A DNA stretch of 64,000 nucleotides from an uncultured Pseudobdellovibrionaceae bacterium. Lineage in GTDB: Bacteria; Bdellovibrionota; Bdellovibrionia; Bdellovibrionales; UBA1609. The DNA lies in the NCBI GenBank assembly GCA_963803705.1, contig CAWDNU010000003.1:96001-160000 (forward strand). Reading direction: 5' to 3'. The notes under the pieces were generated by a model. It did no database searches. It saw only the letters and a program-made list of their open reading frames with translations, and had not been told where the DNA came from. Of the stretch, positions 1 through 11,084 are shown piece after piece (within the stretch, counting starts at the first letter, position 1; every line of letters starts with the position of its first letter). The position numbers and the translations under genes are program-made.

Positions 1-660
1 TACAGCGTGAACGCCCTCTGACTTCACTTCGCCAGCAGCGTTACAATATGCAATTGCCACATTATTTTCAAAGGCCCTGATTAAACACAAAGAATCGATC
101 AGCTCGATCTCGTCATTGGCAGCTTTCTCTAACTTTTTAGCCTTCAGAGTGAAAGACCAATAGCTAGGAGAAATTATAAGCTGCGCACCCTTCTTTGCCA
201 TATCCGAATACAGCATAGGAAACGAAAGGTCCCAGCATATAGTTAAGCCTACGTTCCCGAATCTAGTTGGAAAAACTGACACATGAGTACCAGGTGCCAT
301 GATCGCCTTTTCAGTTTGCCACAAATTTATTTTGTTATAATAACCAGCTACGGTGCCGTCGAAGTTTATATAATATGCTGTATTAAATTTGACCGCTCCA
401 CTAGTGGTGGTCCAAGTCCCTGGCACTAAATCCACACCATACTTTATTGCAAGCGACTGGAAAGCAATTAGATACTCTTCAGCGTACTGCACGAAATTTG
501 TCTGCCCCGAAAGTGGACCAGTGACTGAATCCTCTGGGAATACTACCAAATTTGCTCCAGCTTGCGATGCCACTTTAATAAGGCGCTCCATCTTTTTCAA
601 ATTATAAATTGGGTCGAGTGGCTTAACAGCCAATTGAACCACAGCTAATTTCAACTTCAT
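1..660 (-). CDS. Carbon-nitrogen hydrolase (nitrilase/amidase superfamily), 3' end outside window
   Basis: Manual minus-strand translation from ATG at 660: MKLKLAVVQL...LVVFPED...YNKINLW...GLTICWDLSFP, the E-K-C catalytic triad motifs. Start overlaps the DUF421 stop (ATGA). Not in the ORF track. Confidence 0.9.
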   Translation of the reverse strand, partial: MKLKLAVVQLAVKPLDPIYNLKKMERLIKVASQAGANLVVFPEDSVTGPLSGQTNFVQYAEEYLIAFQSLAIKYGVDLVPGTWTTTSGAVKFNTAYYINFDGTVAGYYNKINLWQTEKAIMAPGTHVSVFPTRFGNVGLTICWDLSFPMLYSDMAKKGAQLIISPSYWSFTLKAKKLEKAANDEIELIDSLCLIRAFENNVAIAYCNAAGEVKSEGVHAV

Positions 661-1232
661 AAGTTTCCTTTTTTGATAACATCTGACAGGATGTAGTCAT
701 CCAGATCATCTTTACCATGTAACACACTAATATCCCCGGTTGATTCGAACACCACAGCTGCTACCTTAGATAATGAAAATACATTTGCCTCGCGCAGTTT
801 ACTTATCAGATCATTTTCACTCATATTAACTTTCTTCAGTATAGCTCTGTCAACTTTTCCATTACTAACGATTAGAACCGGTGAGTTTTCAGTTATATGA
901 GAATAAAAATCTAATCTGGATTTTAAAAAAGAAGATAGGAATTGCAAAACGTAAATCATCATTATACCAAAACAGCCGCCAACAACAGAGGGTTTCGATG
1001 GAAGGATCACTGCAGCTATCATGGAGCCGACTGCAATCGTAGTCGCAAAATCAACAGCTGACATTTTGGCAAAACTTCTAAGTCCAACAATTCTGGTGTA
1101 AAGCACTACTAAAAAAAATACTAAGCAAGCTACCATTGAAATATTGATTAGCTCTGTAGCACCACTGTAGATATTCATGTGACTCCCGGATATAGTTTTA
1201 ATAATACGCTTTAATTCAGTGAAATACTTCAA
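657..1232 (-). CDS. DUF421/YetF family membrane protein
   Basis: GLRSFAKMSAVDFATTIAVGS and LREANV...AVVFESTGDISV motifs; three TM segments; true start may be downstream. Confidence 0.85.
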   Translation of the reverse strand: MKYFTELKRIIKTISGSHMNIYSGATELINISMVACLVFFLVVLYTRIVGLRSFAKMSAVDFATTIAVGSMIAAVILPSKPSVVGGCFGIMMIYVLQFLSSFLKSRLDFYSHITENSPVLIVSNGKVDRAILKKVNMSENDLISKLREANVFSLSKVAAVVFESTGDISVLHGKDDLDDYILSDVIKKGNL

Positions 1233-1985
1233 ATTAGTTAAGGATTATTTTATTAAAGATATTGCTGGGATTAAAAAGCAGTTCTAACAATTCCTGTCGA
1301 AGAAGTTATTTGAGCAGAATTTGCTATTTAACTGTAGACAAATTTAAAGGGAGTCTTCTATAAACTCTTCTAGCAAAAAATAAACACTGTGTAGTTTTCT
1401 AGATACATCTGCATTGTGTGAAGAAATCTAAAACCTTTTAGAATTGCACTAGCACCTTTAATCAGTAACAATGCTTTTAATCGTTCACAATGCTTAAAAA
1501 TTATTTAAGAGTAAAAAATAGCCAATTTTATTTTCAATTTTTGAACTTAACCCATTTTTTACTGCGAATGCAATTTTAGCTCAGGAAAAGTTCGATTGAA
1601 GGATCTTGGTGAGCTTGGTCTGCAAACTATAAGCGATGGTTATAGGCCTACTTACATTAAAAGACTTTCGGTTCCGATTGATTTCCCTGAAGAAGATATA
1701 ATTCAAGCTTTTAATATTCTTTACAGTGATTTGACCATCAAGGAAAAAATTTAAAACTAAGGTTTGGGTAGAAACATGTCAAAATTTTTTTTAGTCTACT
1801 TGTAAAGATTGAGGCATGCTCGAAAGTGACTGTGACTAGCCGCTCAGGTGAGGGTGATGCACAATCAGTTCAACATTGAGAAATCTTCAAAACGGCTATC
1901 TTGAAGATATTTAGCTAAACTACAATTTTAGAAGCCCTTTTGGTAGCGACCTTATAGTTAGCAGCATAATTAAAATAAATTAAAC

Positions 1986-2324
1986 CTAGACGTCTGTTGA
2001 ATGCATCCGACAGTTGTCTAAAAGAACGCGGGGGGAGAGGGTAATTTTGCTTACCGAGCTAAATCTTAAGTGACGATTCGAGATAAACCATATTTCTTCC
2101 CGATCGTTTGCCAAAATTAGATAAGCCTCACTGGATTCGGACATATTATGCAAACCCAAGACACGATAAGAGTATAGCTTGCTAAATCCACTTGATAGAG
2201 GGTAGGGAGCTGGTCCCAGCTTCAATTCCTCAATACGCACGTACAAACCAGTCTCAAAAGTTATACTCAATTTTAATCCTCTTTGAAAACTCTTGAAGTT
2301 TATCAATCGTTCAATCTCTGTCAT
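1986..2324 (-). CDS. Hypothetical protein
   Basis: 112 aa ORF with no recognised motif. Confidence 0.5.
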   Translation of the reverse strand: MTEIERLINFKSFQRGLKLSITFETGLYVRIEELKLGPAPYPLSSGFSKLYSYRVLGLHNMSESSEAYLILANDREEIWFISNRHLRFSSVSKITLSPRVLLDNCRMHSTDV

Positions 2325-2553
2325 CTAGAATTTATTTTGTGAATGAATTAATACATCTGTGAATATTTTAAACTGAACGGGTCGTAGGCAGTCCCTATAA
2401 ATGAGTCAAATTCCTAATAATAACTGTCACTTGAAATAATTTAGTCGAGCGTTTGAATTACAACGCTGCAATAACTTGTCGATTTAAGCTTTTCTTGTGC
2501 TATGATTTCACTATATTTGTTTAGATAAATAACGATTTTAAAGGGGACTTGAT

Positions 2554-4179
2554 ATGAAAATAACTTCCAAACTAATATTAGTGGTATTGTGCCTATCAGC
2601 TAATTGGGCCGTTTTGGCCAAAGTTGATCAAACACCAACCAATGTCCTTGCTAGCGCTATAATCAAACAGGCAAAAACTGACATTCAATCGGCATTTGAA
2701 AAACTTAGGCTTGAGCAAAATATTCCGGGTATGGAAGCAAGCTTATCTTTTGACGCTCCTGATTTAAATGCCCCTAAAACCTTAAACTTTGTTTTAGGTG
2801 TAAGCCAGTACAATACAAAAGATGCCTTAGCAGGTGATCACATTTGGCCAGTGGCATCAGTCACAAAAATGTTTACGTCTGTGGCAATTATGCAGCTGGT
2901 TGAGCAGGGGATTTTGGATCTAGAATCTCCATTAAGTAGCTACCAAAAGGTTCCGCTTGTAAGAAAAGCACTGACATTTAAGCCTGAACTTAGCGAGTGG
3001 CTTTTTCATACAAATATAAATCATCTACTTTCTCATCAGTCGGGTTTAATGCAGGATTTACCTGGGGCAAACATGTGGTGGGATGTTGACGCGATTCAAA
3101 ACGGTAGTTTGCCCAGTATTAGTGAATTTGAAACTGCCTTGCCGCTTATTCAACCTTTGTTCGAGGCGGGGAAAATATCTTTGGGAATGAAATACTCGAA
3201 CCTTGGCTTCAACTTTCTAGCACAGATCGTTGCAAATTATGGTAAACACAACAGTTTCGAGCAATATGTAGCCAACGAAATTTTGAAGCCACTTCAGATG
3301 GACAACACAACTTTTTACCCTTTTTCTTCACGGCTTCCCATGATTACAACACATGGTTCGCTAGACATTGACAAAAGTGGCGATGGCGACCGGCAGATTC
3401 TGCCAAACATTATCGACTCTGGAAGTTACGCTGGGTCTATTGGTCTTTACTCTACTTCTAAAGATTTATTGAAATTTGCACAATTTTTGGAAAAAATATT
3501 AAATGATAAGTCAAACGTTGAATCTTTAGGAATTGGCAGAAATATTTGGAAAGCCATCTATCCTGTCTCGCCGCAGACATCTACAACAGCATGGGGATAT
3601 GGGTTTCACTTAACCTCTATTAACGGCACAATTGCAATTGGTCATACTGGTAGTCACTTTGGCGCTAGGTCTATAGTTTATTATTTGCCAGAATTTGGTT
3701 TTACGTTTTCAGCACTATTCAATTCACGTGATGGAGTAAACCGAGAAGCTTATTTAAATAAAGCTATGACTATTTTGAAAGACTTGAATTTGATAAGTCA
3801 AAAAAAAATGCAACAACGTCTTAGTCTGGCAGTAGAGGATATTAAAAGTGCGCATGCTTCAATTAAATCAGTAACCAGTTTTCCTTTAGCTTTTTTAAGT
3901 TGGAACCAGGTCCCACCGGAACTGAAAGAGTACGTAGGCATCTACGAATCAAAAATTGCAGGTAGGTTTGAAGTAAAAGTCTCTGCCTCAGGCAAATTGG
4001 TGTATTTAGGAAAAGAATTAATCTTCGTCAGTACGGATCATTATAAATTTTCTGAAACAACATCACCATATGACTCTGGAGAACCTGTACGCTTTTTAAG
4101 AGACCCAACTACGGGAAAAGTAAACAGAATTAATTCACACTACGTGTTACACCTGCATAGGATTGAAGACGTCAGGTGA
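2554..4179 (+). CDS. Secreted serine hydrolase, beta-lactamase/AmpC-like fold
   Basis: Signal peptide; SxxK (ASVTK), YSN, GHTG and LLSHQSGL motifs; extra C-terminal domain; GGGG RBS. Confidence 0.9.
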   Translation: MKITSKLILVVLCLSANWAVLAKVDQTPTNVLASAIIKQAKTDIQSAFEKLRLEQNIPGMEASLSFDAPDLNAPKTLNFVLGVSQYNTKDALAGDHIWPVASVTKMFTSVAIMQLVEQGILDLESPLSSYQKVPLVRKALTFKPELSEWLFHTNINHLLSHQSGLMQDLPGANMWWDVDAIQNGSLPSISEFETALPLIQPLFEAGKISLGMKYSNLGFNFLAQIVANYGKHNSFEQYVANEILKPLQMDNTTFYPFSSRLPMITTHGSLDIDKSGDGDRQILPNIIDSGSYAGSIGLYSTSKDLLKFAQFLEKILNDKSNVESLGIGRNIWKAIYPVSPQTSTTAWGYGFHLTSINGTIAIGHTGSHFGARSIVYYLPEFGFTFSALFNSRDGVNREAYLNKAMTILKDLNLISQKKMQQRLSLAVEDIKSAHASIKSVTSFPLAFLSWNQVPPELKEYVGIYESKIAGRFEVKVSASGKLVYLGKELIFVSTDHYKFSETTSPYDSGEPVRFLRDPTTGKVNRINSHYVLHLHRIEDVR

Positions 4180-4859
4180 GCTGTCTTTCAGATTAAGTTA
4201 AGCTAGCTAGAAGAAGATTCGGGATACTTGAAACTAAATAACTTCAGGCATTAGCTGGATTTAGGAAAATTAGCTATTCAGCTAGATTAGTTTGCTTGAC
4301 TATTCAGCGCCACCTTAGGGGCGCTCTGTTTGTAACTGCTCGATCTAGTCTGATAACGACTTATTGCGAGTCATGGTAACTATTTCGCTACTGAATTAGA
4401 ACTTGTCCTAAGTGCTCCCACTAAAGATATAACCACTTTTCTGCCGTCTGGTCCGTTCAATGCTTGTGCCTGTATAGCACTAAATAGCAAACAAATAGAA
4501 AATAAATACTTTAGAAATTTAGACGCCATAGACACTTATCGTACTTACGCCAAAGCCACTAAATAAAAAAAGTAAATGCATAATACTTACGAAAGAAGTC
4601 AGCGATGTATCCAATCTTATTTGTTTTTTTGCGCTAATTGATAACCGATCTACGCCATTTAGTTATTTTATTATAAGACACCTTATAAATTAATGCGTTT
4701 AAAAACGAAAACCTCAAATAACCAAAACAAGTTAGAATGCACTTCGAGCTTAGTATTATGAGTGCGAATGTCATCTTCGATAGTTCTAATCCACCTGCTT
4801 GACTACTTTGGGCAACCAAAATACTTTTTAATTATTGATGAGGGCCCGCGGGTGATCAG

Positions 4860-6116
4860 TTGAAAATAGCAATAATAGGTTCAGGCATTAGTGGTTTAAG
4901 CTGTGCTTATTTTCTTTCAAAAAAACATGACGTTCATATCTACGAATCTAGCCAGAATCTTGGTGGGCACGCTAACACTATAAACGTTTCTGTAGGATCC
5001 AAACACCAAAATTTAGACACAGGCTTTCTGGTTTTCAATGAACTTACCTACCCCAACTTCGTGAAATTACTGGACGAGCTAAAGGTTAAATATGTCGACT
5101 CTGATATGTCACTTTCAGTTCAGCACTTAAGCAGTAAAACCGAGTGGGCTGGAGAAAGTATCAGGTCATTATTTGCCCAGCCTAAAAATTTATTTAAATT
5201 CAGCTTTTGGCGGATGTTGATAGACGTTAGACGCTTTCAAAGTGGTGCAAAGGATAACTTAGTTAAAGCCACAGATCTTAAATGGAGCATAAAAGATTTA
5301 ATCGCTTTCGAGGGATATGGTCAAAATTTTGTTGATATGTATCTACTTCCAATGGGAGCTGCCATATGGTCTACTCCCGAAAATAAAATTTTAGATTTTC
5401 CAGCCGAGACATTTTTAAATTTTTTTTTAAACCATAAGCTACTGCAGTGGAATGATCGACCAACCTGGAAAACAATTGATAATGGCAGTCGCAGTTACGT
5501 ACAGGCTATTGAAAATAAATTATCTACGGTTTTTAAAGCTGATTCAGTCAATTCAGTGAAGCGTTTAAATAACGGACTAGTTCAGCTTACATCGAAAAGC
5601 CGTCAAGATAATTACGACGCCGTAGTGTTTGCAACTCATCCGCCTGTTACGCTAAAAATTTTAGAAAATTTAACTGACTTGGAGAAAAAAGTTTTAGCGT
5701 CCTTTACTTATCAAGAAAACCTTGTAACAGTTCATAAAGATCCAAAATTGATGCCACATAAAAAAATCTGTTGGTCTTCTTGGAACGTTAGAGCCTTTGG
5801 GCAAAACATATCTGATAACAAACTAGATTTGACATATTATATAAATAAGCTACAGCCTTGGATTAAAGATGAAGACCTTTTTGTAAGTCTTAATTTGGAT
5901 TTAAAGACTGAAGGCACTTTGGCAGAAATAAAATACCATCATCCTAAATTTACAAGAAGAGCTATTGAAGCTCAGGATTTACTACCTGAAATCCAAAATA
6001 GCAAAGGTATTTTTCACATCGGTGCTTGGACCAAATATGGTTTTCACGAAGACGGGCTAGTAAGTGCTATCAACGTAGCCAGGCTGCTTGGACTCGAAAA
6101 TCCGTGGAGCCCTTAA
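4860..6116 (+). CDS. FAD-dependent oxidoreductase (amine oxidase-like; UfaD-like)
   Basis: GSGISGL dinucleotide-binding motif, GGHANT, DTGFLVFN, GAWTKYGFHEDG; classic context with DUF1365 and cfa. Confidence 0.9.
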   Translation: MKIAIIGSGISGLSCAYFLSKKHDVHIYESSQNLGGHANTINVSVGSKHQNLDTGFLVFNELTYPNFVKLLDELKVKYVDSDMSLSVQHLSSKTEWAGESIRSLFAQPKNLFKFSFWRMLIDVRRFQSGAKDNLVKATDLKWSIKDLIAFEGYGQNFVDMYLLPMGAAIWSTPENKILDFPAETFLNFFLNHKLLQWNDRPTWKTIDNGSRSYVQAIENKLSTVFKADSVNSVKRLNNGLVQLTSKSRQDNYDAVVFATHPPVTLKILENLTDLEKKVLASFTYQENLVTVHKDPKLMPHKKICWSSWNVRAFGQNISDNKLDLTYYINKLQPWIKDEDLFVSLNLDLKTEGTLAEIKYHHPKFTRRAIEAQDLLPEIQNSKGIFHIGAWTKYGFHEDGLVSAINVARLLGLENPWSP

Positions 6117-6867
6117 AGTGGAAAGTGCACAGTTTATTCATGCAAAGGTTTCTCATAGTAGACAGGTCGAAGCTAAACATAAATTTAAATATTCGGTACC
6201 TTTCTTGTTTTTTGATGTATCTACAGTTGATAAAGTTCAAGAGACCATTTCTAAAAAAACTTTTGGACTATACAATTTTAAAGCTAAAGATTATTTGAAC
6301 GGTAAATCAGGAGATCTTGAACATAATATCAAAAGTTTTTTAATATCTAACACCAAAGCCCAGGCTGATCAGATCTTTTTAATCTCATCACCCAGAACAT
6401 TTGGTTACGTGTTTAATCCGATCAGTTTTTGGCTTTGTAAAATCAATGGTGAATACAGATCTGCTTTGGTTGAAGTCAATAACACGTTTGGTGAGCGTCA
6501 TTACTACTGGATTGATGAAAACCGACCACTCAATTCACCGAACTGGTTTAAGGTATCCAAAGCTTTTTATGTTTCACCGTTTATGAAAGTTGAGGGTTAC
6601 TATAAATTTAAATTTTCTGTAAAAGAAAATTCAGTCGATATTTCGATAAACTACTTTTCAGATACGGATAGGCTTAAGCTTTCTACCTCTATTAAAGGGT
6701 CTACCGAAAATTTAGCGGAAATCAGTTTTTTAAAAACAGTAATTAAATACGGGCCAGCTTCAGTTTTAATTACTTTTCGGATACACTTTCAAGCACTTAG
6801 GCTTTATATCAAGTCAGTTTCTTTGAAAGCTAAACCTACTAAAGGTGAAAAGGATGTAACCTCATGA
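6088..6867 (+). CDS. DUF1365 family protein (UfaO-like)
   Basis: HSR...HKFKY, PRTFGYVFNPISFW, EVNNTFGERH and KAFYVSPF motifs. Confidence 0.9.
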   Translation: MDSKIRGALKVESAQFIHAKVSHSRQVEAKHKFKYSVPFLFFDVSTVDKVQETISKKTFGLYNFKAKDYLNGKSGDLEHNIKSFLISNTKAQADQIFLISSPRTFGYVFNPISFWLCKINGEYRSALVEVNNTFGERHYYWIDENRPLNSPNWFKVSKAFYVSPFMKVEGYYKFKFSVKENSVDISINYFSDTDRLKLSTSIKGSTENLAEISFLKTVIKYGPASVLITFRIHFQALRLYIKSVSLKAKPTKGEKDVTS

Positions 6868-8036
6868 ACGGACCTAGCTTGAAGGCAAGATTACTTTTCA
6901 ATATTTTAGATAGAACTACGAACAGTCGTTTACTAATTTCGATGCCTGATGGAGAACAACGTATGTTTGGGTCAGGTGAAAGCATAATTAACTTAGACGT
7001 AAAAAAGTGGACTGTCTTCGATTTAGTTTTAGATAAAGTTGATTTAGGTTTAGCCGAGGCTATCATCAACGGTGACTTAGCAGTTGATAACGAGGCAGCT
7101 TTGATTGAGTGGGCTTGCAGAAGTGATCAGCAGCTTCAGGAATTTTTTCAAGGATCTTTCGCTGGATTTTTTCTTGCAAAGATTAATCACTTGCTAAACA
7201 GGAACACTATTAAAACAGCTGCTAAGAACATATCTAAACACTATGATCTAGGAAACAACTTTTATAACTTATGGTTGGATTCAACCTTAACTTATTCGTC
7301 AGCAATTTTTGGGTCGCCAAACACAAGGTTAGTCGATGCTCAAAACGCCAAATATGATCGAATTATCGAAAAACTAGGGATTAAATCAACTGATCATGTC
7401 TTAGAAATTGGCTGTGGTTGGGGTGGCTTTTTTTCAAGAGCTGCTGAATTAACTGGGTGTAAAGTTACGGGTATAACGCTTTCAAACGAGCAGGCAAATT
7501 ATGCGAATAAGCTAATTACAAATAAAAAATTGCAAAACCAAGTTAACATTCAAGTGATCGATTACAGAAATACTCATCTGAAGTATGACAAAGTTGTTTC
7601 GATAGAAATGATTGAAGCCGTTGGTGCAGAATATTGGGATATTTATTTTGAAAAAATAAGCTCAAGTCTGAAAAAAAACGGCAAAGCGTTAATACAGGGT
7701 ATAACTATAAGAGATGACTTGTTCGAGGCCTATATTAAAAATACTGATTTTATTCAGCAATACATATTCCCCGGTGGCATGTTGATAACCGATAAAATTC
7801 TAGAGACCAAAGCTAATGCTTATAAAATGAAGCTAACCGACAATTTCCACTTTGGCCTAGACTACGCTAAGACTTTAAATATCTGGAGACAAAATTTTAT
7901 CAAAGAACTTTCTAAAGTTCGTGAGCAAGGTTTCGATGAAAAGTTTATTCGGATGTGGGGCCTTTACCTGTCCTACTGTGAAGGCGCATTCAGAGCAGAG
8001 CGGATCAATGTAAGCCAGTTTCTACTTGAAACTTAA
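6864..8036 (+). CDS. cfa: Cyclopropane-fatty-acyl-phospholipid synthase family SAM methyltransferase
   Basis: HYDLGN, LEIGCGWG, SIEMIEAVG, YIFPGG and YLSYCEGAF motifs. Confidence 0.9.
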   Translation: MNGPSLKARLLFNILDRTTNSRLLISMPDGEQRMFGSGESIINLDVKKWTVFDLVLDKVDLGLAEAIINGDLAVDNEAALIEWACRSDQQLQEFFQGSFAGFFLAKINHLLNRNTIKTAAKNISKHYDLGNNFYNLWLDSTLTYSSAIFGSPNTRLVDAQNAKYDRIIEKLGIKSTDHVLEIGCGWGGFFSRAAELTGCKVTGITLSNEQANYANKLITNKKLQNQVNIQVIDYRNTHLKYDKVVSIEMIEAVGAEYWDIYFEKISSSLKKNGKALIQGITIRDDLFEAYIKNTDFIQQYIFPGGMLITDKILETKANAYKMKLTDNFHFGLDYAKTLNIWRQNFIKELSKVREQGFDEKFIRMWGLYLSYCEGAFRAERINVSQFLLET

Positions 8037-8067
8037 ATTTGTGAAAACCAGATAAAATCTGATAATT

Positions 8068-8835
8068 TTACCGATCAGATAGCAGTAAGGTTTCTTCTTT
8101 TGTTGTAAGAAAAATTTTCTTGTTAACTTCGTCTAAAGCGTTGAAAAGTTTAGATATTGGCTCAGGGCGTTTAAAATTAATTTCTATACCTCGGTCATTA
8201 ACTGTTACGACAGTTCCGTGTTCCTTATGGACTAATTGGAACAGCGAAAAATCGTTTTCAAAGGAAAATTCAAAAGTGCTACTCAAAAGTTTTTTGTTAT
8301 CATCTAAAGAGTATATAAGTTCTTTTAAATCTTGATCACTTTTGGGCAAACTTGAAGTGGCTTTGTCAAAAGAGTGTTCGAAGCACTCGTCTATTGCGCT
8401 TTGAAATTCATCAAGTTCGTCATGGCCCTGTACCTCAAGTACACCTGTGAAAACACACCTATCAAAGTCTTCTGATGACTGGGTCACGCTAAAATCATAA
8501 TTAAAAAATTTGCAATTGAAGCTTCCTGTGCCGATTTCGTAGCACGGTGTTTGGAATTCTCTAGCGGATATATTTAAATTATTCTTCGCTTTTGTCGCAA
8601 CACTTTCTACGTGTTCTTTGATGGTCTGTTCTGCCCAACCAGCGATAAGTTTGTTTTGATACTCGCTAAATTCTTTAGGAATTTTGTCCCTTCCTCCCTT
8701 AGCAAAGCCGGGTAAAGACTTAATGTCACTTATATAATTAAATGATAGAAATGTTCTGGTTGTGGTGCTCTTACTCATAATCTGTAATATAAACCATTTT
8801 AAAGAATTAGAATAGTCCCGACGGTATGTTTTCAA
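8068..8835 (-). CDS. Hypothetical protein
   Basis: Long ORF convergent with cfa; likely start at MSKSTT; no confident family. Confidence 0.7.
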   Translation of the reverse strand: MKTYRRDYSNSLKWFILQIMSKSTTTRTFLSFNYISDIKSLPGFAKGGRDKIPKEFSEYQNKLIAGWAEQTIKEHVESVATKAKNNLNISAREFQTPCYEIGTGSFNCKFFNYDFSVTQSSEDFDRCVFTGVLEVQGHDELDEFQSAIDECFEHSFDKATSSLPKSDQDLKELIYSLDDNKKLLSSTFEFSFENDFSLFQLVHKEHGTVVTVNDRGIEINFKRPEPISKLFNALDEVNKKIFLTTKEETLLLSDR

Positions 8836-9409
8836 AGCATTATGGCTAAACTATGTTAGACAGATATGCAGAAACGAACCCTTACAGCTATGGTAAGGCT
8901 CGATATCCCAATATATATCATAAAGCATATAGACCCAAAAAAACGGTAAGAAAAAAAAAGCTAGTTTTTTGTAGCTTCACAAAGGTTGACGTTGTTCATT
9001 TTAAAAGCGAGCGACTAAGCAACGATTGGTCAACTTAAACTATTTATAATTTATTACCCAACTAGATTTTAAGTGTTTTGTCTAGAGGACATACAAAGAC
9101 TTTCATACCTGGAGAAAAGCTTTTTAGTCACTCTGAACTTTTTATCAGAGAAGATTGAGGACTATGAATGTCGGTACTACGAAAACGACAGCAATCATGC
9201 GCTTTTTATTTCCTACAAAACCTTTAAAAATATAAAGTAGAAATTTATTCTTAAAAATTAAAAAATACATACCAACGATTCTTTGTTACAAAAATCAATA
9301 GAGAATTAGATTTAAATCGAGCTACCAAATTAAAGACTTTGGTCTGTTTCAGAACTTATATTTTCACATTAAGATAAAAATTATAAACAACTAAAATAAA
9401 AAGGAATTT

Positions 9410-10213
9410 ATGAAAACCAATTGTAGTGTCAACCATTTTATAAAGTTCAGTCTCAGCCTCTTTTGCATAGCCAGTTTAACTATGCTTTCTAACTGCTCTG
9501 ATAGTGACAGCAAATCATCGTCATCTGGAATTGGAGATTCTTTTGAGGGCACCCTAACTGGACCCACAGCGCTAACTCCTGAGGTAAATAAAAATACCAT
9601 CAAGATCAATTGGGAAATACCAGTGCATGATACACTTCCAGAAGACGAACTTGATTTTTATGTTTATCTTTCTACAGAAAATAATATGACAAGCTTATCT
9701 GACACTATTTCGAACGGTCGTTTAGTAACTTCGAATTCTGAAACCACCTTTGGAACAGTCCGTGGATTAGTCAACTCTACGACCTATTATATCACTGTTG
9801 TTGTATATAATAATAATACTGACGAGCCTATAGCTGCATTTAAGCCGGCTTCGATAGTTACTGGCATTGGACCAGTTTTGACCTCATTAATGGTTTCCCC
9901 AGGTACACCTGTGGCTATCGGATCTAGCCTTACTAGTAATATTTGGTCCGGAAACGGTGCTGGTGCAGGACCAGTATTAGCCTTATCATCATCTGAGGGA
10001 GCAAATCCATGTGGCCTACCACGTGAAGAAAGCGAGTCTAATATAGCTGTGAACTATGGATCTGCCGGTCAAACTGACACTGGTTGGAACCCAGGGGGTT
10101 CTGCTGATTTATCTGCTGAACTTGGCAGATGTGTGGCCATTTGCAATACTACTTATGGCACCCTCTCTTCAATTTGTACCAACCATGTCGAAGCTACTGC
10201 AGGATCTAGGTAA
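9410..10213 (+). CDS. Lipoprotein with fibronectin type III-like domain and Cys-containing C-terminus
   Basis: Lipobox LSNC, Ser-rich linker, IKINW...Y...GLVNSTTYYITVVV fn3 pattern; AGGA RBS. Confidence 0.7.
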   Translation: MKTNCSVNHFIKFSLSLFCIASLTMLSNCSDSDSKSSSSGIGDSFEGTLTGPTALTPEVNKNTIKINWEIPVHDTLPEDELDFYVYLSTENNMTSLSDTISNGRLVTSNSETTFGTVRGLVNSTTYYITVVVYNNNTDEPIAAFKPASIVTGIGPVLTSLMVSPGTPVAIGSSLTSNIWSGNGAGAGPVLALSSSEGANPCGLPREESESNIAVNYGSAGQTDTGWNPGGSADLSAELGRCVAICNTTYGTLSSICTNHVEATAGSR

Positions 10214-10246
10214 TTCACTATTGGACTTTTGATTATAAATTTATAC

Positions 10247-10274
10247 AAAAAGCTAGGATTCACCCTGGCTTTTT
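10247..10274 (+). terminator. Rho-independent terminator
   Basis: AAAAAGCTAGG-ATTCAC-CCTGGCTTTTT hairpin after the fn3 lipoprotein gene. Confidence 0.7.
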
Positions 10275-10455
10275 ACTACTGGTATTAGTCGAAGATCCGG
10301 AATCTAAAATTTTTTTTGTGTTTTCACTTACCTTTTAATTTGTTAATCTTTTTATTAAAATAAATAAAAGATATACTATCTAGAATACGACACTTATTAA
10401 ATATTTTTAGTTTAAATAATCTGTCAGTACTTCTAGTTCTCTATGGTGGTAAATT

Positions 10456-11058
10456 ATGTATTGTAATTCATTTAAAATGGGAACTCTTAGTTGTATTATT
10501 ATTAGCACACTATGCGGTTTCCAAGCTTGGGGACAAGCAAAATGGACAGTGCCATTAAGCTTTTCTCTTGGTATAGGAACTTTGCAAAGTTCAGAGCTTA
10601 ATCTTGATTCTCGAACCATGAGTGCAGTATCAATCGAGGCATTACCTTCATACAATTTTGGAGTTTTTGATTTGGGAGTTCACTTTGACTACCGTGATCA
10701 AGGTCAAGTCTCAGGTTTGGAAAGCGCTGGTGGCACCAATCTTAAGGGCCGGGGCTTATTATTCGGAGTGGGGGCAAGATTTAAACTGACTGAAAGGCTA
10801 ATCGGCCAAGCTAGTTTTGATTTTGTGGGCCATTACGATCTACTGCGTGATACAGCTTCAGGACAGGACGACGAATTAAGATCGCCCTTAGGACTTAGAC
10901 TTAAAGGCAGTTATTTAGCATTTAAGCGATTCGATAATTTAACTCTTGACATGGACCTTCAATATTTACAGTTTCAAAAGATAAGAATATCTGGAGCTGA
11001 CAAAAATGCTGCAACAAATCAGATTATGTTTAGCTTAGGAATAAGTTATATTCTTTAA
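10456..11058 (+). CDS. Outer-membrane beta-barrel protein
   Basis: Signal peptide, amphipathic beta strands, C-terminal SLGISYIL. Confidence 0.7.
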   Translation: MYCNSFKMGTLSCIIISTLCGFQAWGQAKWTVPLSFSLGIGTLQSSELNLDSRTMSAVSIEALPSYNFGVFDLGVHFDYRDQGQVSGLESAGGTNLKGRGLLFGVGARFKLTERLIGQASFDFVGHYDLLRDTASGQDDELRSPLGLRLKGSYLAFKRFDNLTLDMDLQYLQFQKIRISGADKNAATNQIMFSLGISYIL

Positions 11059-11084
11059 TCCAAGTTATTTTTTAGAACCAAGCT

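Noticed and set aside
389..607. Plus-strand 72 aa ORF, and the many similar short antisense or nested ORFs in the track (e.g. 42708-43136, 60808-61173, 63460-63768)
   Set aside because: Shadows of well-supported genes on the opposite strand or in another frame
8068..8835. Vague resemblance to C-terminal domains of some bacterial caspase-like proteins
   Set aside because: No catalytic motif; cannot be supported without a profile search
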